Source: Brachyspira sp. (GTDB lineage: Bacteria; Spirochaetota; Brachyspiria; Brachyspirales; Brachyspiraceae). From it: a stretch of DNA of 64,000 nucleotides. Shown here one piece after another: positions 48,016 to 58,566 of the stretch. The position numbers were made by a program, and so were the translations under genes. Under the pieces are notes generated by a model. That model worked only from the letters and a program-made list of their open reading frames with translations, did no database searches and was not told where the DNA came from. Position 1 is the first letter of the stretch. Each line of letters begins with the position of its first letter. Location: contig NZ_JARHYI010000121.1 in NCBI RefSeq assembly GCF_029258575.1, positions 1,188 to 65,187 on the forward strand, in the 5' to 3' direction.

Positions 48016-48906
48016 ATGATATGTGAAGTTTGTGGCAGCGGGCATTATAGAGAAATAGGCATTATAAAAAATATATGGGAGAATGATAAAAAAGTTTATC
48101 AATGTAATGATTGTTCTCTTTATTTTATAGAATTGCCTTCCGATGAAGAAATTTATTTTTTATATAAAAATGAATATCATAATAATATAAAAAATAGAAT
48201 ATTTGAAATAGCTAAAAGTAAAATGCGTTATGCTAGAAGTATATCTCAATTTAACTTTATAAAAAAACATATAGACTGCAATAATAAAAAAGTATGTGAA
48301 ATTGGTGCTTTTGATGGTTTGCTTTTGAATATTTTTAAGAAAAATGGTAGTGATGTTTACGGTTATGAACTTAATGATAATGCTAGATATTATGCCAAAA
48401 AAAAATATGATATAAAGTTAGAGCCTAATTTTTTGGAAAGTACTAATAAATACGATATAATAATACTTTCGCATGTTATAGAGCATTTTAAAAATCCTTT
48501 TGAAATACTTCTGAAAGTAAAAGATATACTTGAAGATAATGGGCATTTATATATAGAAGTGCCTAATTCTCCTATGATTGATCAATGTAGTTATGAAATG
48601 CTTATGAGATACTTATCTACTGAGCATATTGTGAATTTTGATAAGGATAATCTGATAAGGTTTATAAAAAAGGCTGATTTGGATATTATAGGATATAGTT
48701 ACAGTAATTATAAAGTTGATATAGGTAATGAAAAATTAAGAGCAAATATACTTGAAGGTAGTTTTCCTAGTATAAAGAATTTATTTAAATTTTCTATTTT
48801 TGCTTTAAAAACATTTACTTTTGCGAATTTATCATTTATAGACTATAAAAATAATAATAATATATGGTCTTATGGTGAAAATATAAGGGTAATATCAAAA
48901 AAATGA
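48016..48906 (+). CDS. Class I SAM-dependent methyltransferase with N-terminal Cys4 motif
   Basis: CEVCG...CNDC; VCEIGAFDG; LSHVIEHFKNP; YIEVPN. Confidence 0.88.
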   Translation: MICEVCGSGHYREIGIIKNIWENDKKVYQCNDCSLYFIELPSDEEIYFLYKNEYHNNIKNRIFEIAKSKMRYARSISQFNFIKKHIDCNNKKVCEIGAFDGLLLNIFKKNGSDVYGYELNDNARYYAKKKYDIKLEPNFLESTNKYDIIILSHVIEHFKNPFEILLKVKDILEDNGHLYIEVPNSPMIDQCSYEMLMRYLSTEHIVNFDKDNLIRFIKKADLDIIGYSYSNYKVDIGNEKLRANILEGSFPSIKNLFKFSIFALKTFTFANLSFIDYKNNNNIWSYGENIRVISKK

Positions 48907-49052
48907 TGTATAATTTGTAGTAAAATAAAAAATATTTACAAAAAAATTGTATATTATTAGAGTTTATGCAAAAAAATTGTAATATATTTGACATATGAAT
49001 ATAATTTTATATATTATAATATTAGGGATAAATTTTTATAAGGGTTATTATT

Positions 49053-50870
49053 ATGAAAAATAAATTAATGTTGAAGTTTTTGGCACCTTTTATAATATTT
49101 CTATTGTTGTTGTTTATTGGCATTTATATTATTTATAGACCTTTGTATAAATCTAGGTTTTTAAATGAGAAGAATATTAGCTCATTAGAAGTTGAAACCA
49201 GAGCGGAAGGATATGTTGAAGAATTAAAGAATACGGTTTATGTGATGGAAGCCTATTTGAAATCTAATCCTAACTTAATTGAATTTGGGCACTTTATTAC
49301 TAATGTTCAGAAACTTAATACAGGGTATTTAAATATTTATTTTGGCGATGCAGTTCCATATCCTCAAGGAGGTACTTTTATAAATACATTAGAGGTTTAT
49401 CCTCTTAGTTATGATCAAACTTCAAGAGGTTGGTATAAAGATGCATTAACTACTAATGATATTGTTATTAGTTCGCCTTATATTGATTTTGCTGTTAATA
49501 AACTTACTATAACATTTTCTAAGGCTGTATATACTAATAATTCTTTAAAAGGTGTATTTTCTATAGATTTTACCGATGTAAATGAAATAGCTGATAGTTT
49601 AAAGAGAAATTTTACTGATGATATTTATATAGTTTCTGATAATGGTATATTCATGACTCATGATAATAAAGATTATATTTTGAATGAAACTAATAATTTA
49701 TTTACATATGATATATTCTCTAGTTTTAAAAATGATTTAACTTCTCATATAGGGGATTTGGATATTGTAGGTAATGAATGGTATTCTATCAAAAAAACTT
49801 ACAATGCTCCTTGGATATTAGTATTCAAAGGAAGTGCTGAACAATTTTATAATCAATTTAGATTTTTGATGTTAAGTTTATTTTTATGTATATTTGTTCT
49901 TATAATATTGGAATGTCTTCTTGTTGCCAGAATAGTTATACCATTATCAAATAATTTGTATCATGCTATTACAATAATTACAATGATGCAGGATGGAAGA
50001 TTTGATAGTAAATTTGAAAGTAAAGATTTACAGAGAAAAGATGTGGCTGGGCTTTTATCAAATTCTATTAATGATATGCAGCATATAATGCATAAAATTG
50101 TTTTTGAATTAAAGGAAAATATTTCATTAATCAATAATTCATCTGAAAAAATATCAACAGGAATAGATCATTTATCAGATAGAACATCTTCTCAGGCATC
50201 TGCTGTTGAAGAAATTACTAGTTCTATAGAAAATTTACTATCGGCAATTTCTGAAACTTCAAAGAGATCTTATGATGCTAAGAATATGAGTTCTAGGGTT
50301 ACAGAATCTACCCAGAATGGTGTATCAGCAGTTAATGAAATATCAAATAATATGATAGAAATTTCTGAGTCTAGTAAAGAGATATCTAATATTACAAAAT
50401 TGATACAGACAATAGCTTTTCAAACTAATATATTGGCACTTAACGCTGCTGTTGAGGCGGCACGTGCTGGAGAGCAGGGAAGAGGTTTTGCCGTTGTTGC
50501 TTCTGAAATAAGAAGTTTAGCACAGAATGTTAATGAGGCTGCTGGAAACATTACAAGTATTATAGAAAATACTGTATCTAAAATTGAAATTGGAGATGAA
50601 TCTGTAAGACGCTCTTTAGATATTCTTGTTCAAATAGAAAATTCTGCTAGAGAAGTTTCAGATATATTGATTCGCATATATGAATCTACATCTAATGAAG
50701 AGAGTAGCGTTAAACAGATTAGTACTGCTATGAATGAATTAAATAAAATAACTCAGGAAAATGCTCACTTGGTTAATGAAAGTTCAATACTTGGAAAAGA
50801 TGTTGTTAATGCTACTGCTAATTTATCATCTGAGCTTGATTATTTTAAATTAGATAATAATTTTAATTAA
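49053..50870 (+). CDS. Methyl-accepting chemotaxis protein with periplasmic Cache-type sensor
   Basis: Two TMs; YDQTSRGWY, SPYID; HAMP; [37 protein letters not shown]. Confidence 0.95.
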   Translation: MKNKLMLKFLAPFIIFLLLLFIGIYIIYRPLYKSRFLNEKNISSLEVETRAEGYVEELKNTVYVMEAYLKSNPNLIEFGHFITNVQKLNTGYLNIYFGDAVPYPQGGTFINTLEVYPLSYDQTSRGWYKDALTTNDIVISSPYIDFAVNKLTITFSKAVYTNNSLKGVFSIDFTDVNEIADSLKRNFTDDIYIVSDNGIFMTHDNKDYILNETNNLFTYDIFSSFKNDLTSHIGDLDIVGNEWYSIKKTYNAPWILVFKGSAEQFYNQFRFLMLSLFLCIFVLIILECLLVARIVIPLSNNLYHAITIITMMQDGRFDSKFESKDLQRKDVAGLLSNSINDMQHIMHKIVFELKENISLINNSSEKISTGIDHLSDRTSSQASAVEEITSSIENLLSAISETSKRSYDAKNMSSRVTESTQNGVSAVNEISNNMIEISESSKEISNITKLIQTIAFQTNILALNAAVEAARAGEQGRGFAVVASEIRSLAQNVNEAAGNITSIIENTVSKIEIGDESVRRSLDILVQIENSAREVSDILIRIYESTSNEESSVKQISTAMNELNKITQENAHLVNESSILGKDVVNATANLSSELDYFKLDNNFN

Positions 50871-50888
50871 ATAAAAAATAATATTATT

Positions 50889-50924
50889 AAAGAGTATGCT
50901 TCTTTCACATTTAGCATACTCTTT
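50889..50924. terminator. Bidirectional intrinsic terminator
   Basis: AAAGAGTATGCT / AGCATACTCTTT 12-bp perfect stem between convergent genes. Confidence 0.8.
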
Positions 50925-50936
50925 TTTATATATTAA

Positions 50937-51974
50937 TTATATTTTTAAGTTTTTTATTATTTGGCAAACTTCATCTATTTCCTCCATACTTATATCTCTA
51001 TGAGTAACAAATCTTATTTTATAATCTCCGAAAGAACTAGACTTTATTCCTTTTTCTGAAAGTTTTGATATTATAGTAGAAGATAATTTTTTTGTATCAG
51101 CAATAACTATATTAGTTTCTACATCTTTTAAATTTACAGATCCTATTTGAGATTCTATTATTGATTCTGCAATTTTTTTAGCTTTTTTATGATCTTCTTC
51201 TAATGATGATATATTATTTTCCAGAGCATATATTCCAGCGGCAGCCATTAAACCTATTTGTCTCATACCTCCTCCTATAAGCTTTCTTACTCTAAATGCT
51301 TCATCAATAAAATCTTTATCTGCACATATCATAGCTCCCATTGGTGCTCCTAATCCTTTTGATAAGCAGAAAGTTATAGAATCAGTATTTGAAGCGATTT
51401 CTTTAACGGAAACTTTACTTGCTATAGATGCATTAAAAACCCTTGCTCCGTCCATATGAAGATGAACATTTTTTGATTTAGTGAAATCATAAAGTTCTTT
51501 TAATACTTCTATAGGATAAACGCTTCCTCCATGTCTATTATGAGTATTTTCAACTTCAATTATATTAACCGCTGACATATAATAAGGCTGTTCATCTAAA
51601 TAATTTTTTATTATATCTTTAATTAAAATTCCTCTTTCAGCTTTTACAGGAAGTGGTATTATTCCAGCCAAAGATGAAACTCCTCCAAGCTCATAATGTA
51701 TTATATGGGATTCTTCTTCTAAAAGAATTTGGCTTGTTTTTCTTCCTAATATCATCATTGGTATTAAATTTCCCATAGTACCACTTGAAACAAATATTGC
51801 TTTTTCTTTTCCTGTTATATCAGCAGCCATTTCCTGAAGTTTATTAACAGTAGAGTCTTCCATATATACATCATCACCACATTCAGCATTATATATAGCT
51901 TTACGCATTGCTTTGCTTGGTTTAGTGATGGTGTCGCTTCTTAAATCATAAATTTTCATTTTTATATGCTCCAT
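50937..51974 (-). CDS. ltaE: Low-specificity L-threonine aldolase
   Basis: DLRSDT, GDDVY.ED, SGTMGN, HMDGAR.FNA, FCLSKGLGAP.G, GGGMRQ.G. Confidence 0.95.
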   Translation of the reverse strand: MEHIKMKIYDLRSDTITKPSKAMRKAIYNAECGDDVYMEDSTVNKLQEMAADITGKEKAIFVSSGTMGNLIPMMILGRKTSQILLEEESHIIHYELGGVSSLAGIIPLPVKAERGILIKDIIKNYLDEQPYYMSAVNIIEVENTHNRHGGSVYPIEVLKELYDFTKSKNVHLHMDGARVFNASIASKVSVKEIASNTDSITFCLSKGLGAPMGAMICADKDFIDEAFRVRKLIGGGMRQIGLMAAAGIYALENNISSLEEDHKKAKKIAESIIESQIGSVNLKDVETNIVIADTKKLSSTIISKLSEKGIKSSSFGDYKIRFVTHRDISMEEIDEVCQIIKNLKI

Positions 51975-52101
51975 ATATTTTAATTCAATAAATTTTAATT
52001 CTTTTTTTGATAAATTACAACAGCTAAAAAATAATTGAAATAAATTATAATTTTATCTATAATGATTTTATATTTAATAATTTTATTGAGGATAATAATT
52101 T

Positions 52102-53394
52102 ATGATAAAGAGATATACTAGAAAAGAGATGGGAGAACTTTGGAGTTTACAAAATGAGTTTCAGGTAATGCTTGATGTTGAAATAGCAGCATGCGAGGCT
52201 ATGGCAGAAATTGGAGAAATACCTGCAGAAGCTGTAAAAAATATTAAAGAAAAAGCAACTTTCACTGTAGAGAGAATTGCTGAAATAGAGAAAGAAACTA
52301 ATCATGATATAATATCATTTGTAACTGCAGTTCAAGAGAATGTAGGGGAGGGAGGACAGTATATACATAAGGGTTTAACTTCAAGCGATGTTAAAGACAC
52401 TGCATTAGCTGTTATGATGAAAAGATCTGCTGAAATTATTTTAGATGATTTGAAAAGATTATCAGAAGTTTTATTGAGAAGAGCAAAAGAGCATAAATAT
52501 ACTCCTTGTATAGGAAGAACACATGGTATACATGCTGAACCTATGACATTAGGCTTGAAATTTATATTATGGTATGATGAGAATGAAAGAAATATTAAAA
52601 GGGTAGATGAGGCTAAAAAGCAGGTTTCTGTAGGTAAACTTTCTGGGGCAGTTGGTACTTATAGTAATATTGATCCTAGAATAGAAGAAATAGTTTGTAA
52701 AAAATTAGCAATAGAAGCGGATAAAGTGTCCACTCAAATAATACAAAGGGACAGACATGCTCAGTATCTTACTACTTTGGCTATAGTTGCTAGTTCATTG
52801 GAGAAATTTGCTACTGAGATTAGAAATTTGCAGAGAACTGATATTAGAGAAGCAGAAGAATATTTCAGTGAAAAGCAGAAAGGTTCATCAGCTATGCCTC
52901 ATAAAAGAAATCCTATTACATGTGAGAGAATATCAGGTTTGGCTAGAATTGTGAGAGGAAATGCATTAGCTTCTATGGAAGATATTACACTTTGGCATGA
53001 GAGAGATATTAGCCATTCATCTGTTGAGAGAGTTATACTGCCAGATTCTACTATTGCTGTTGATTATGCTATTAATAAATTTATTGATATAGTTGATAAA
53101 CTTTTAATATATCCAGAAGCTATGAAGGCTAATATTGAAAAGACAGGAGGTTTAATTTTCAGTCAAAGGATTTTAATAAGTTTAGTTAATAAAGGCATAG
53201 ATAGAGATAATGCTTATAGATGGGTTCAAAGAAATGCAATGAAAAGATGGCTCAATAATGAAGATTTCAAAGAGAATGTTCATAAAGATGAAGATATAAC
53301 AAAATATTTAAGTTCTAAAGAAATAGATGATTGCTTTGATTATGCATACTATTTAAGAAATATTGATGTTATAATGAAAAGATTTGGAATATAA
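52102..53394 (+). CDS. purB: Adenylosuccinate lyase
   Basis: MIKRYTR, H.GLTSSD, GRTHG.HAEP, GSSAMPHKRNP, WHERDISHSS.ER. Confidence 0.97.
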   Translation: MIKRYTRKEMGELWSLQNEFQVMLDVEIAACEAMAEIGEIPAEAVKNIKEKATFTVERIAEIEKETNHDIISFVTAVQENVGEGGQYIHKGLTSSDVKDTALAVMMKRSAEIILDDLKRLSEVLLRRAKEHKYTPCIGRTHGIHAEPMTLGLKFILWYDENERNIKRVDEAKKQVSVGKLSGAVGTYSNIDPRIEEIVCKKLAIEADKVSTQIIQRDRHAQYLTTLAIVASSLEKFATEIRNLQRTDIREAEEYFSEKQKGSSAMPHKRNPITCERISGLARIVRGNALASMEDITLWHERDISHSSVERVILPDSTIAVDYAINKFIDIVDKLLIYPEAMKANIEKTGGLIFSQRILISLVNKGIDRDNAYRWVQRNAMKRWLNNEDFKENVHKDEDITKYLSSKEIDDCFDYAYYLRNIDVIMKRFGI

Positions 53395-53398
53395 TATA

Positions 53399-53442
53399 AA
53401 AATAAAGCGGAAGTATTTTATTAATACAACCGCTTTTATTTT
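53399..53442. terminator. Probable bidirectional terminator
   Basis: AAAATAAAGCGG ... CCGCTTTTATTTT inverted repeat. Confidence 0.7.
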
Positions 53443-53453
53443 GCTTAATTTAA

Positions 53454-53885
53454 TCAATCATCAAATTTTTGTCCCATAATCTGTCCGTTTCCTGTTACCA
53501 TAATTTCCATCATATTGTTTAATTTTAATTTATAATTTCCCCATTCTTTTTCTGCATCTATTATAGCAGCTTGAGGATACGCATTTCTTATAGCCTTTAT
53601 AACAGCTTGAGGAAAAGCAGCATCTGGTATAGGGCTATATTCACTGTCTATATTATCCCAATCTCCATTACTTAAAAAGTCTATTGATGTTCCATTGGAT
53701 AATTTTACATCAAATTTTCTTCCATCTCTTTCTACTTTCCATATTTGAGTATTAGGGAAGACTCTTTGTATGAATGAAGTAGCTTTTTGAGGTAAAGAAC
53801 TAGGAGGAACTACCCAGTCATCTGCAAAAAGATTTGATGCTGATAAAATAATTAATGATGTTAGTAAAATAGATAATTTTTTCAT
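53454..53885 (-). CDS. Periplasmic PepSY-like (BLIP-like) domain protein
   Basis: Signal peptide ending NLFA; two internal repeats (LPQKA.SFI...FP...; FPQAV.KAI...YP...) each ending in a F/V..NG.W/I motif. Confidence 0.8.
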   Translation of the reverse strand: MKKLSILLTSLIILSASNLFADDWVVPPSSLPQKATSFIQRVFPNTQIWKVERDGRKFDVKLSNGTSIDFLSNGDWDNIDSEYSPIPDAAFPQAVIKAIRNAYPQAAIIDAEKEWGNYKLKLNNMMEIMVTGNGQIMGQKFDD

Positions 53886-53985
53886 GATTTACTCCCTTCC
53901 AATTTTTTTATATATATAAATTATCTTTATAGTTATAAGTATATCACTTTTTTATCATTTGTCAAGTTTTTTTACAAATATTTTA

Positions 53986-55020
53986 CTAAATTTTTACTTT
54001 ATTTCCTATTTTTTTTATGAAGTTTTTTAAATCTTTAGGTAATGGGGCTTTTACTTTTATTTTTTCATCGCTAATGGGATGATTAAATTCAAGACTATAG
54101 GCATGCAAAGCTTGTCTTTTGAAAAACCCTGTTGGTATAATATCTTTTTCTATAAAGTCATCAAATACTTTTGGTCCGTATTTACCATATATTTTGTCGC
54201 CTACCATGAATAAACCTTTAGAATATAGATGAACTCTAATTTGATGCATTCTTCCAGTATATAGTCTAGCCATAACAATAGCATAATTGCCTATTTTTTT
54301 TATAGTTTTGAAGGCTGTTTTTGAATATTTAGAACCTTTTATATTTTCTTTATGAAGTGTTTGAAAACGTCTATAATATTTATGTCCGCTTTCAAGCATA
54401 TAGCCTTCTACAATAAATTTATCCTCTATATTTTTAGAATTTTCAACTATGGCTATATAAGTTTTTTTTATAGAGTTTCTTCTGTATTGTTTACCATTTA
54501 TTTTTCTTCCTGCAAGTATAGCACAGAAATTTGATGCTGTTTTACTGCTTCTTGAGAGAACTACACATCCGCTTGTTTCTCTATCTATTCTATTGAGCAT
54601 ATTTATATTACAGCCTAGCATATTTTTTACTATAGTATGAAGTGTATTATGATAGTATTTTCCTGAAGGTATAACTGGTAAATTGGCTGGTTTATTTGCT
54701 ATAATTAAATCACCGTCATCATATACTATAGATACATTTTTATCTACTTCGGGTTCTTTCATTCCTATTATGTGATAAGCTATTTCATCTCCTTTTTTTA
54801 CTGCTCTTGTATATTTTACTTTTTTATTATTCAGAAGCACCAAGCCTTGTCCTATTAAATCCTGCCATTTATTTCTTGAATAATAAGAAAATCTATCGCC
54901 CATATATTTATCTAATCTCGTATTAGATTCTACATCTTCTTCTATCTTGCATTTTCTTATGACGGATTTTTTATATAATTCCTCTATATTCTCATTTAAT
55001 TTATTTTTTTTCTTTCTCAT
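53986..55020 (-). CDS. RluA/RluD family pseudouridine synthase (track extends to a TTG at 55074; ATG at 55020 preferred)
   Basis: S4-like RLDKYM..., NKPANLPV, NRIDRETSG, TGRMHQIRVHL, GDKIYG, RQALHA. Confidence 0.92.
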   Translation of the reverse strand: MRKKKNKLNENIEELYKKSVIRKCKIEEDVESNTRLDKYMGDRFSYYSRNKWQDLIGQGLVLLNNKKVKYTRAVKKGDEIAYHIIGMKEPEVDKNVSIVYDDGDLIIANKPANLPVIPSGKYYHNTLHTIVKNMLGCNINMLNRIDRETSGCVVLSRSSKTASNFCAILAGRKINGKQYRRNSIKKTYIAIVENSKNIEDKFIVEGYMLESGHKYYRRFQTLHKENIKGSKYSKTAFKTIKKIGNYAIVMARLYTGRMHQIRVHLYSKGLFMVGDKIYGKYGPKVFDDFIEKDIIPTGFFKRQALHAYSLEFNHPISDEKIKVKAPLPKDLKNFIKKIGNKVKI

Positions 55021-55096
55021 AATTAAGATTATACTAATACTAAAAAAAATTGTCAAAAAATTTTTTAGTATCAAATATTAAATTATTATTTATTTT

Positions 55097-55470
55097 ACGC
55101 ACGGTTAATAAAATTTTATATATAATTACATGCTATTATTAATTATTCTTTTATATTAAATTTTTTCTTCGTGCGTTAATTAGGCTATAAATTTAATTAA
55201 AATTTGGGTGGGAAGCTAATATGTTATAAATAAATATTAAATATAATAATAATTATCAATTCTAAAATAAGCAGCAAATATATAGGGGGGATTTAGAATA
55301 AAGCAAAAAATTAAAATTTTAATAAGATTATTTTATATATTTTATAATCATTTTTTTATCTATTTTCATACCCCGCCCTTTATTTTTTATTGTTTACTTA
55401 TCAATTTTAATTTAAATAAAGTTTTTTGCCATATTAGAAATAAATGTCCCCGCCCAAGTTTTTTTAATAT
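55097..55470 (+). repeat. Intergenic nested inverted-repeat element, copy 2, with extra ACGCACG/CGTGCGT inverted pair
   Basis: GGGTGGG 55206-55212, G6 55285-55290, CCCCGCCCT 55371-55379, CCCCGCCC 55448-55455; shares the 18-mer and flanks with copy 1. Confidence 0.8.
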
Positions 55471-55499
55471 TTAAAGCATTCTAAAGATTTATAAGGAAA

Positions 55500-56540
55500 T
55501 TATTTAAGGAATATTATATCATCTATATTAAAACCAAGATTAACTATATCATTTAATTTATAATTATTATTGTAACTATTTTTATCCAATCTCCAAGTGA
55601 TTTGATTGTTACTATTAATAGGTACTAAAGTTATTATATATGAGAACATGTCCTCTGTAATATTTGTTATTTTTGATTTTATATTATTTGTATTATCTTT
55701 GCAATCAAAAAAAGAATACGGACGCATTCCTATATAATTAGCATTTTCAGTATTTTTATTAAGTTCATTTATTATTAAAGTGATATTCCAATCAATGCAT
55801 TCAATTTTTTTATTATCAATAATTTTTATTTTTGAGAAATTTTTATATCCAGTAAGAAGTGCCGAGAAATAAGTTTTTGGATTTTCAAATAGATTATATT
55901 TAGAATCTATTATATCGAATTTTCCTTTATTTATTATTCCTATATTATTAGATAATCTATATACTTCATCTCTGTTATGCGATACAAATAGGGTAGTACC
56001 GTCAAATTCTTTTATACTTGATGCAATAAATTTTTCTAATTCCCATTTTATATGATGATCCAAAGCACTTAAAGGCTCGTCAAGTATTAATATATTGGGA
56101 GATGATACGAATATTCTAGCTAATGCTGTTCTTTGTTGCTCGCCTCCTGATATTTCTTTAGGCTTTTTATTTTTTATATGATGTATAAAAAATTTTTTCA
56201 TTATGTATTCTATATTAATACTATTTTTTTTATCTCTTATACCGCATTTAATATTTTCTTCAACAGTCATATTCGGAAATAAAGCATAATTTTGAAATAG
56301 GAAACCAACATTTCTTTTTTGAGGTTTTACATTAATCTTTTTTTTAGAATCATAAAAAATATTACCATTAAATTCTATATATCCTCTATCTGGTTTTTCT
56401 ATTCCAGCAATGCATTTTAAAACCATACTTTTACCGCTTCCAGATTCTCCAAGTATAGAAAACACTTCACTTTTTACTTCAAACTGTAAGTCCAAATCAA
56501 AATTAGACAGTTTCTTTTTTATATCAACTATTAAACTCAA
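55500..56540 (-). CDS. modC: Molybdate ABC transporter ATPase
   Basis: GESGSGKS, QNYALFPNMTV, ISGGEQQR, LDEPLSALD, SH; downstream of modAB. Confidence 0.92.
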   Translation of the reverse strand: MSLIVDIKKKLSNFDLDLQFEVKSEVFSILGESGSGKSMVLKCIAGIEKPDRGYIEFNGNIFYDSKKKINVKPQKRNVGFLFQNYALFPNMTVEENIKCGIRDKKNSINIEYIMKKFFIHHIKNKKPKEISGGEQQRTALARIFVSSPNILILDEPLSALDHHIKWELEKFIASSIKEFDGTTLFVSHNRDEVYRLSNNIGIINKGKFDIIDSKYNLFENPKTYFSALLTGYKNFSKIKIIDNKKIECIDWNITLIINELNKNTENANYIGMRPYSFFDCKDNTNNIKSKITNITEDMFSYIITLVPINSNNQITWRLDKNSYNNNYKLNDIVNLGFNIDDIIFLK

Positions 56541-56560
56541 TATAAAATCCTACAAATACA

Positions 56561-57229
56561 TTATAATCTTTTTTTTATGGCATCTGAAAGAGGAAGAACA
56601 ATATTCATCATCATTATACTTATGAATGATATCATAACTATTATAACAACCCATTTCAAAGCTAATTCCCTGTTTCCAGCCTGAACAGCAGTATAAACAG
56701 CTAATGACATAGTCTGTGTTTTATTTGGTATATTTCCAGCTATCATTATAGTAGCCCCAAATTCTCCCAAAGCCCTTGTAAAAGAAAGTATAGTACCTCC
56801 CAATATAGAGTGCCAAGTATTTGGAAGTATAATTCTCCAAAATATCCAATTTTCAGATTTACCCAATGTTTTAGCGGCATTTATAATATTTTTATCTATT
56901 TGTTCAAATGCACCTTTTGAAGTTCTGTACATTAATGGAAATGATACTATAAAAGATGCTAATATTGCCCCCTTTAATGTAAATACAAATTGAAAGCCCA
57001 ATTTTGATGCTATAGATCCTATGAAAGAATTTCGTCCGAAAAATATAAGCAGAAAAAAACCTACAACTGTTGGAGGAAGCACAAGCGGAAGTGTGAATAT
57101 TATATCAAATATAGATGAAAATTTTTTTATCTTTACTACAATAATAGCGGCATATATTCCAACAAAAAAAGTGATTATTGTGGAATAAAATGCCGTTTTT
57201 ATAGATAGTATTAAAGGAGTATATTCCAT
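56561..57229 (-). CDS. modB: Molybdate ABC transporter permease
   Basis: LPLVLPPTVVGF, FTRALGEFGAT.MIAGNIP.KTQT. Confidence 0.95.
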   Translation of the reverse strand: MEYTPLILSIKTAFYSTIITFFVGIYAAIIVVKIKKFSSIFDIIFTLPLVLPPTVVGFFLLIFFGRNSFIGSIASKLGFQFVFTLKGAILASFIVSFPLMYRTSKGAFEQIDKNIINAAKTLGKSENWIFWRIILPNTWHSILGGTILSFTRALGEFGATIMIAGNIPNKTQTMSLAVYTAVQAGNRELALKWVVIIVMISFISIMMMNIVLPLSDAIKKRL

Positions 57230-57233
57230 TATA

Positions 57234-58019
57234 TTATTGTACTACAGTAAAGCCATAGTTTTTGAATGTTTCTATTGATTTATCAGTAGAAATATAATCT
57301 ATAAATTTTTTAGCTTCTTCTTTATTTACAGATGATTTTACTATAGAAATAGGATAAATAACTTTTTTATGTGTGCCTTCAGGAGCCTCAGATATTATAT
57401 TTACATTTTTAGCTATTTTAGCATCAGTGGCATAAACTATACCGCAATCAACTTCACCTGTTTCAACCCAAGAAAGTACATTTCTAACATCAGAACCATA
57501 AACAGCTTTCTGCTTTGCAGCATCAAGTATAGACAAATTACTCAATATCTCTTCTGAGTACTGTCCTACAGGAACACTTTTAGGCTCTCCTAATCCTATT
57601 TTAGTAATATCAGCATTGGTTATATCTGTAAATGATTTTATATTTAAAGTTGAATTGCTTGGAGTAATCAATACAACTTTATTTTCAAGCAAATCTTTTC
57701 TTGTTTCAGTGTCTATTAAATCTTTTTCCTGAAGTGCATCCATTTGTTTTTGAGCTGCTGAGAAAAATATATCTGCTGGAGAACCTGCTTCTATTTGAGT
57801 TTGTAATGCTCCTGATGAAGCAAAAGAGAATATAACTTCAGTACCTGTTTCTTCTTTGTAATTATTAGCCAATTCTGTTAGAACATCTGTCAGACTTGCA
57901 GCTGCCAATATCAGAATTTCTTTATTTTCAGTATTGGCATTACTTTGAGATGTATTTTTAGTTCCGCATGCTATAAATGAATATGATATTAATAGAATTA
58001 AAAATATTAACTTTTTCAT
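57234..58019 (-). CDS. modA: Molybdate-binding lipoprotein
   Basis: Lipobox FIA-C; AAASL, FASSG.L..QIEAG.PADIF.SA, SVPVGQY, DVR.VL.WV. Confidence 0.95.
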   Translation of the reverse strand: MKKLIFLILLISYSFIACGTKNTSQSNANTENKEILILAAASLTDVLTELANNYKEETGTEVIFSFASSGALQTQIEAGSPADIFFSAAQKQMDALQEKDLIDTETRKDLLENKVVLITPSNSTLNIKSFTDITNADITKIGLGEPKSVPVGQYSEEILSNLSILDAAKQKAVYGSDVRNVLSWVETGEVDCGIVYATDAKIAKNVNIISEAPEGTHKKVIYPISIVKSSVNKEEAKKFIDYISTDKSIETFKNYGFTVVQ

Positions 58020-58089
58020 AAAATTACACCTTTAAAATTATTTTTGTTTTTATTATAAAAAATAAAAATTTTAAAATTATAAAAATATT

Positions 58090-58566
58090 TTAATGTCCTT
58101 CTCCTCTCATCATACTTATAATATGACCAAGCAAAGGAATCATTAAATTGGTACAGTATTCAGCACCTTTTTCGCTTCCGGGGAAATTGACAACAAATAC
58201 ATTATTATTTATTCCTGCATAACCTCTTGAAAGAACTGCAAACATAGTATCTTTTATAGATTCCTGCCTTAAATAATCGGATATACCTCTTACTTCCTTT
58301 TTACAGAATTCCATAGTGGCTTCAGGAGTTACATCCCTAGGAGATAAACCAGTTCCGCCTGTAGTGATTATAATATCAAATTTCTCTTTATTTTCTTTCA
58401 TAGCATTTAATATTATATCGTATTCATCTGGTATAATAATTTTTTCTATATTTTCTATTTGATCTTTTAAATTATCTTCAAGAGTCTTTACTATAACAGC
58501 ACCTGATTTATCTTCATATATGCCTTTAGATACTCTATCAGATACAGTAATAACAAGTATCTTCAA
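58090..58566 (-). CDS. mog: Molybdopterin adenylyltransferase (MogA/MoaB family), TTG start
   Basis: VITVSDR, EDKSG, TTGGTGLSPRDVTPEA, NFPGS. Confidence 0.9.
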   Translation of the reverse strand: MKILVITVSDRVSKGIYEDKSGAVIVKTLEDNLKDQIENIEKIIIPDEYDIILNAMKENKEKFDIIITTGGTGLSPRDVTPEATMEFCKKEVRGISDYLRQESIKDTMFAVLSRGYAGINNNVFVVNFPGSEKGAEYCTNLMIPLLGHIISMMRGEGH

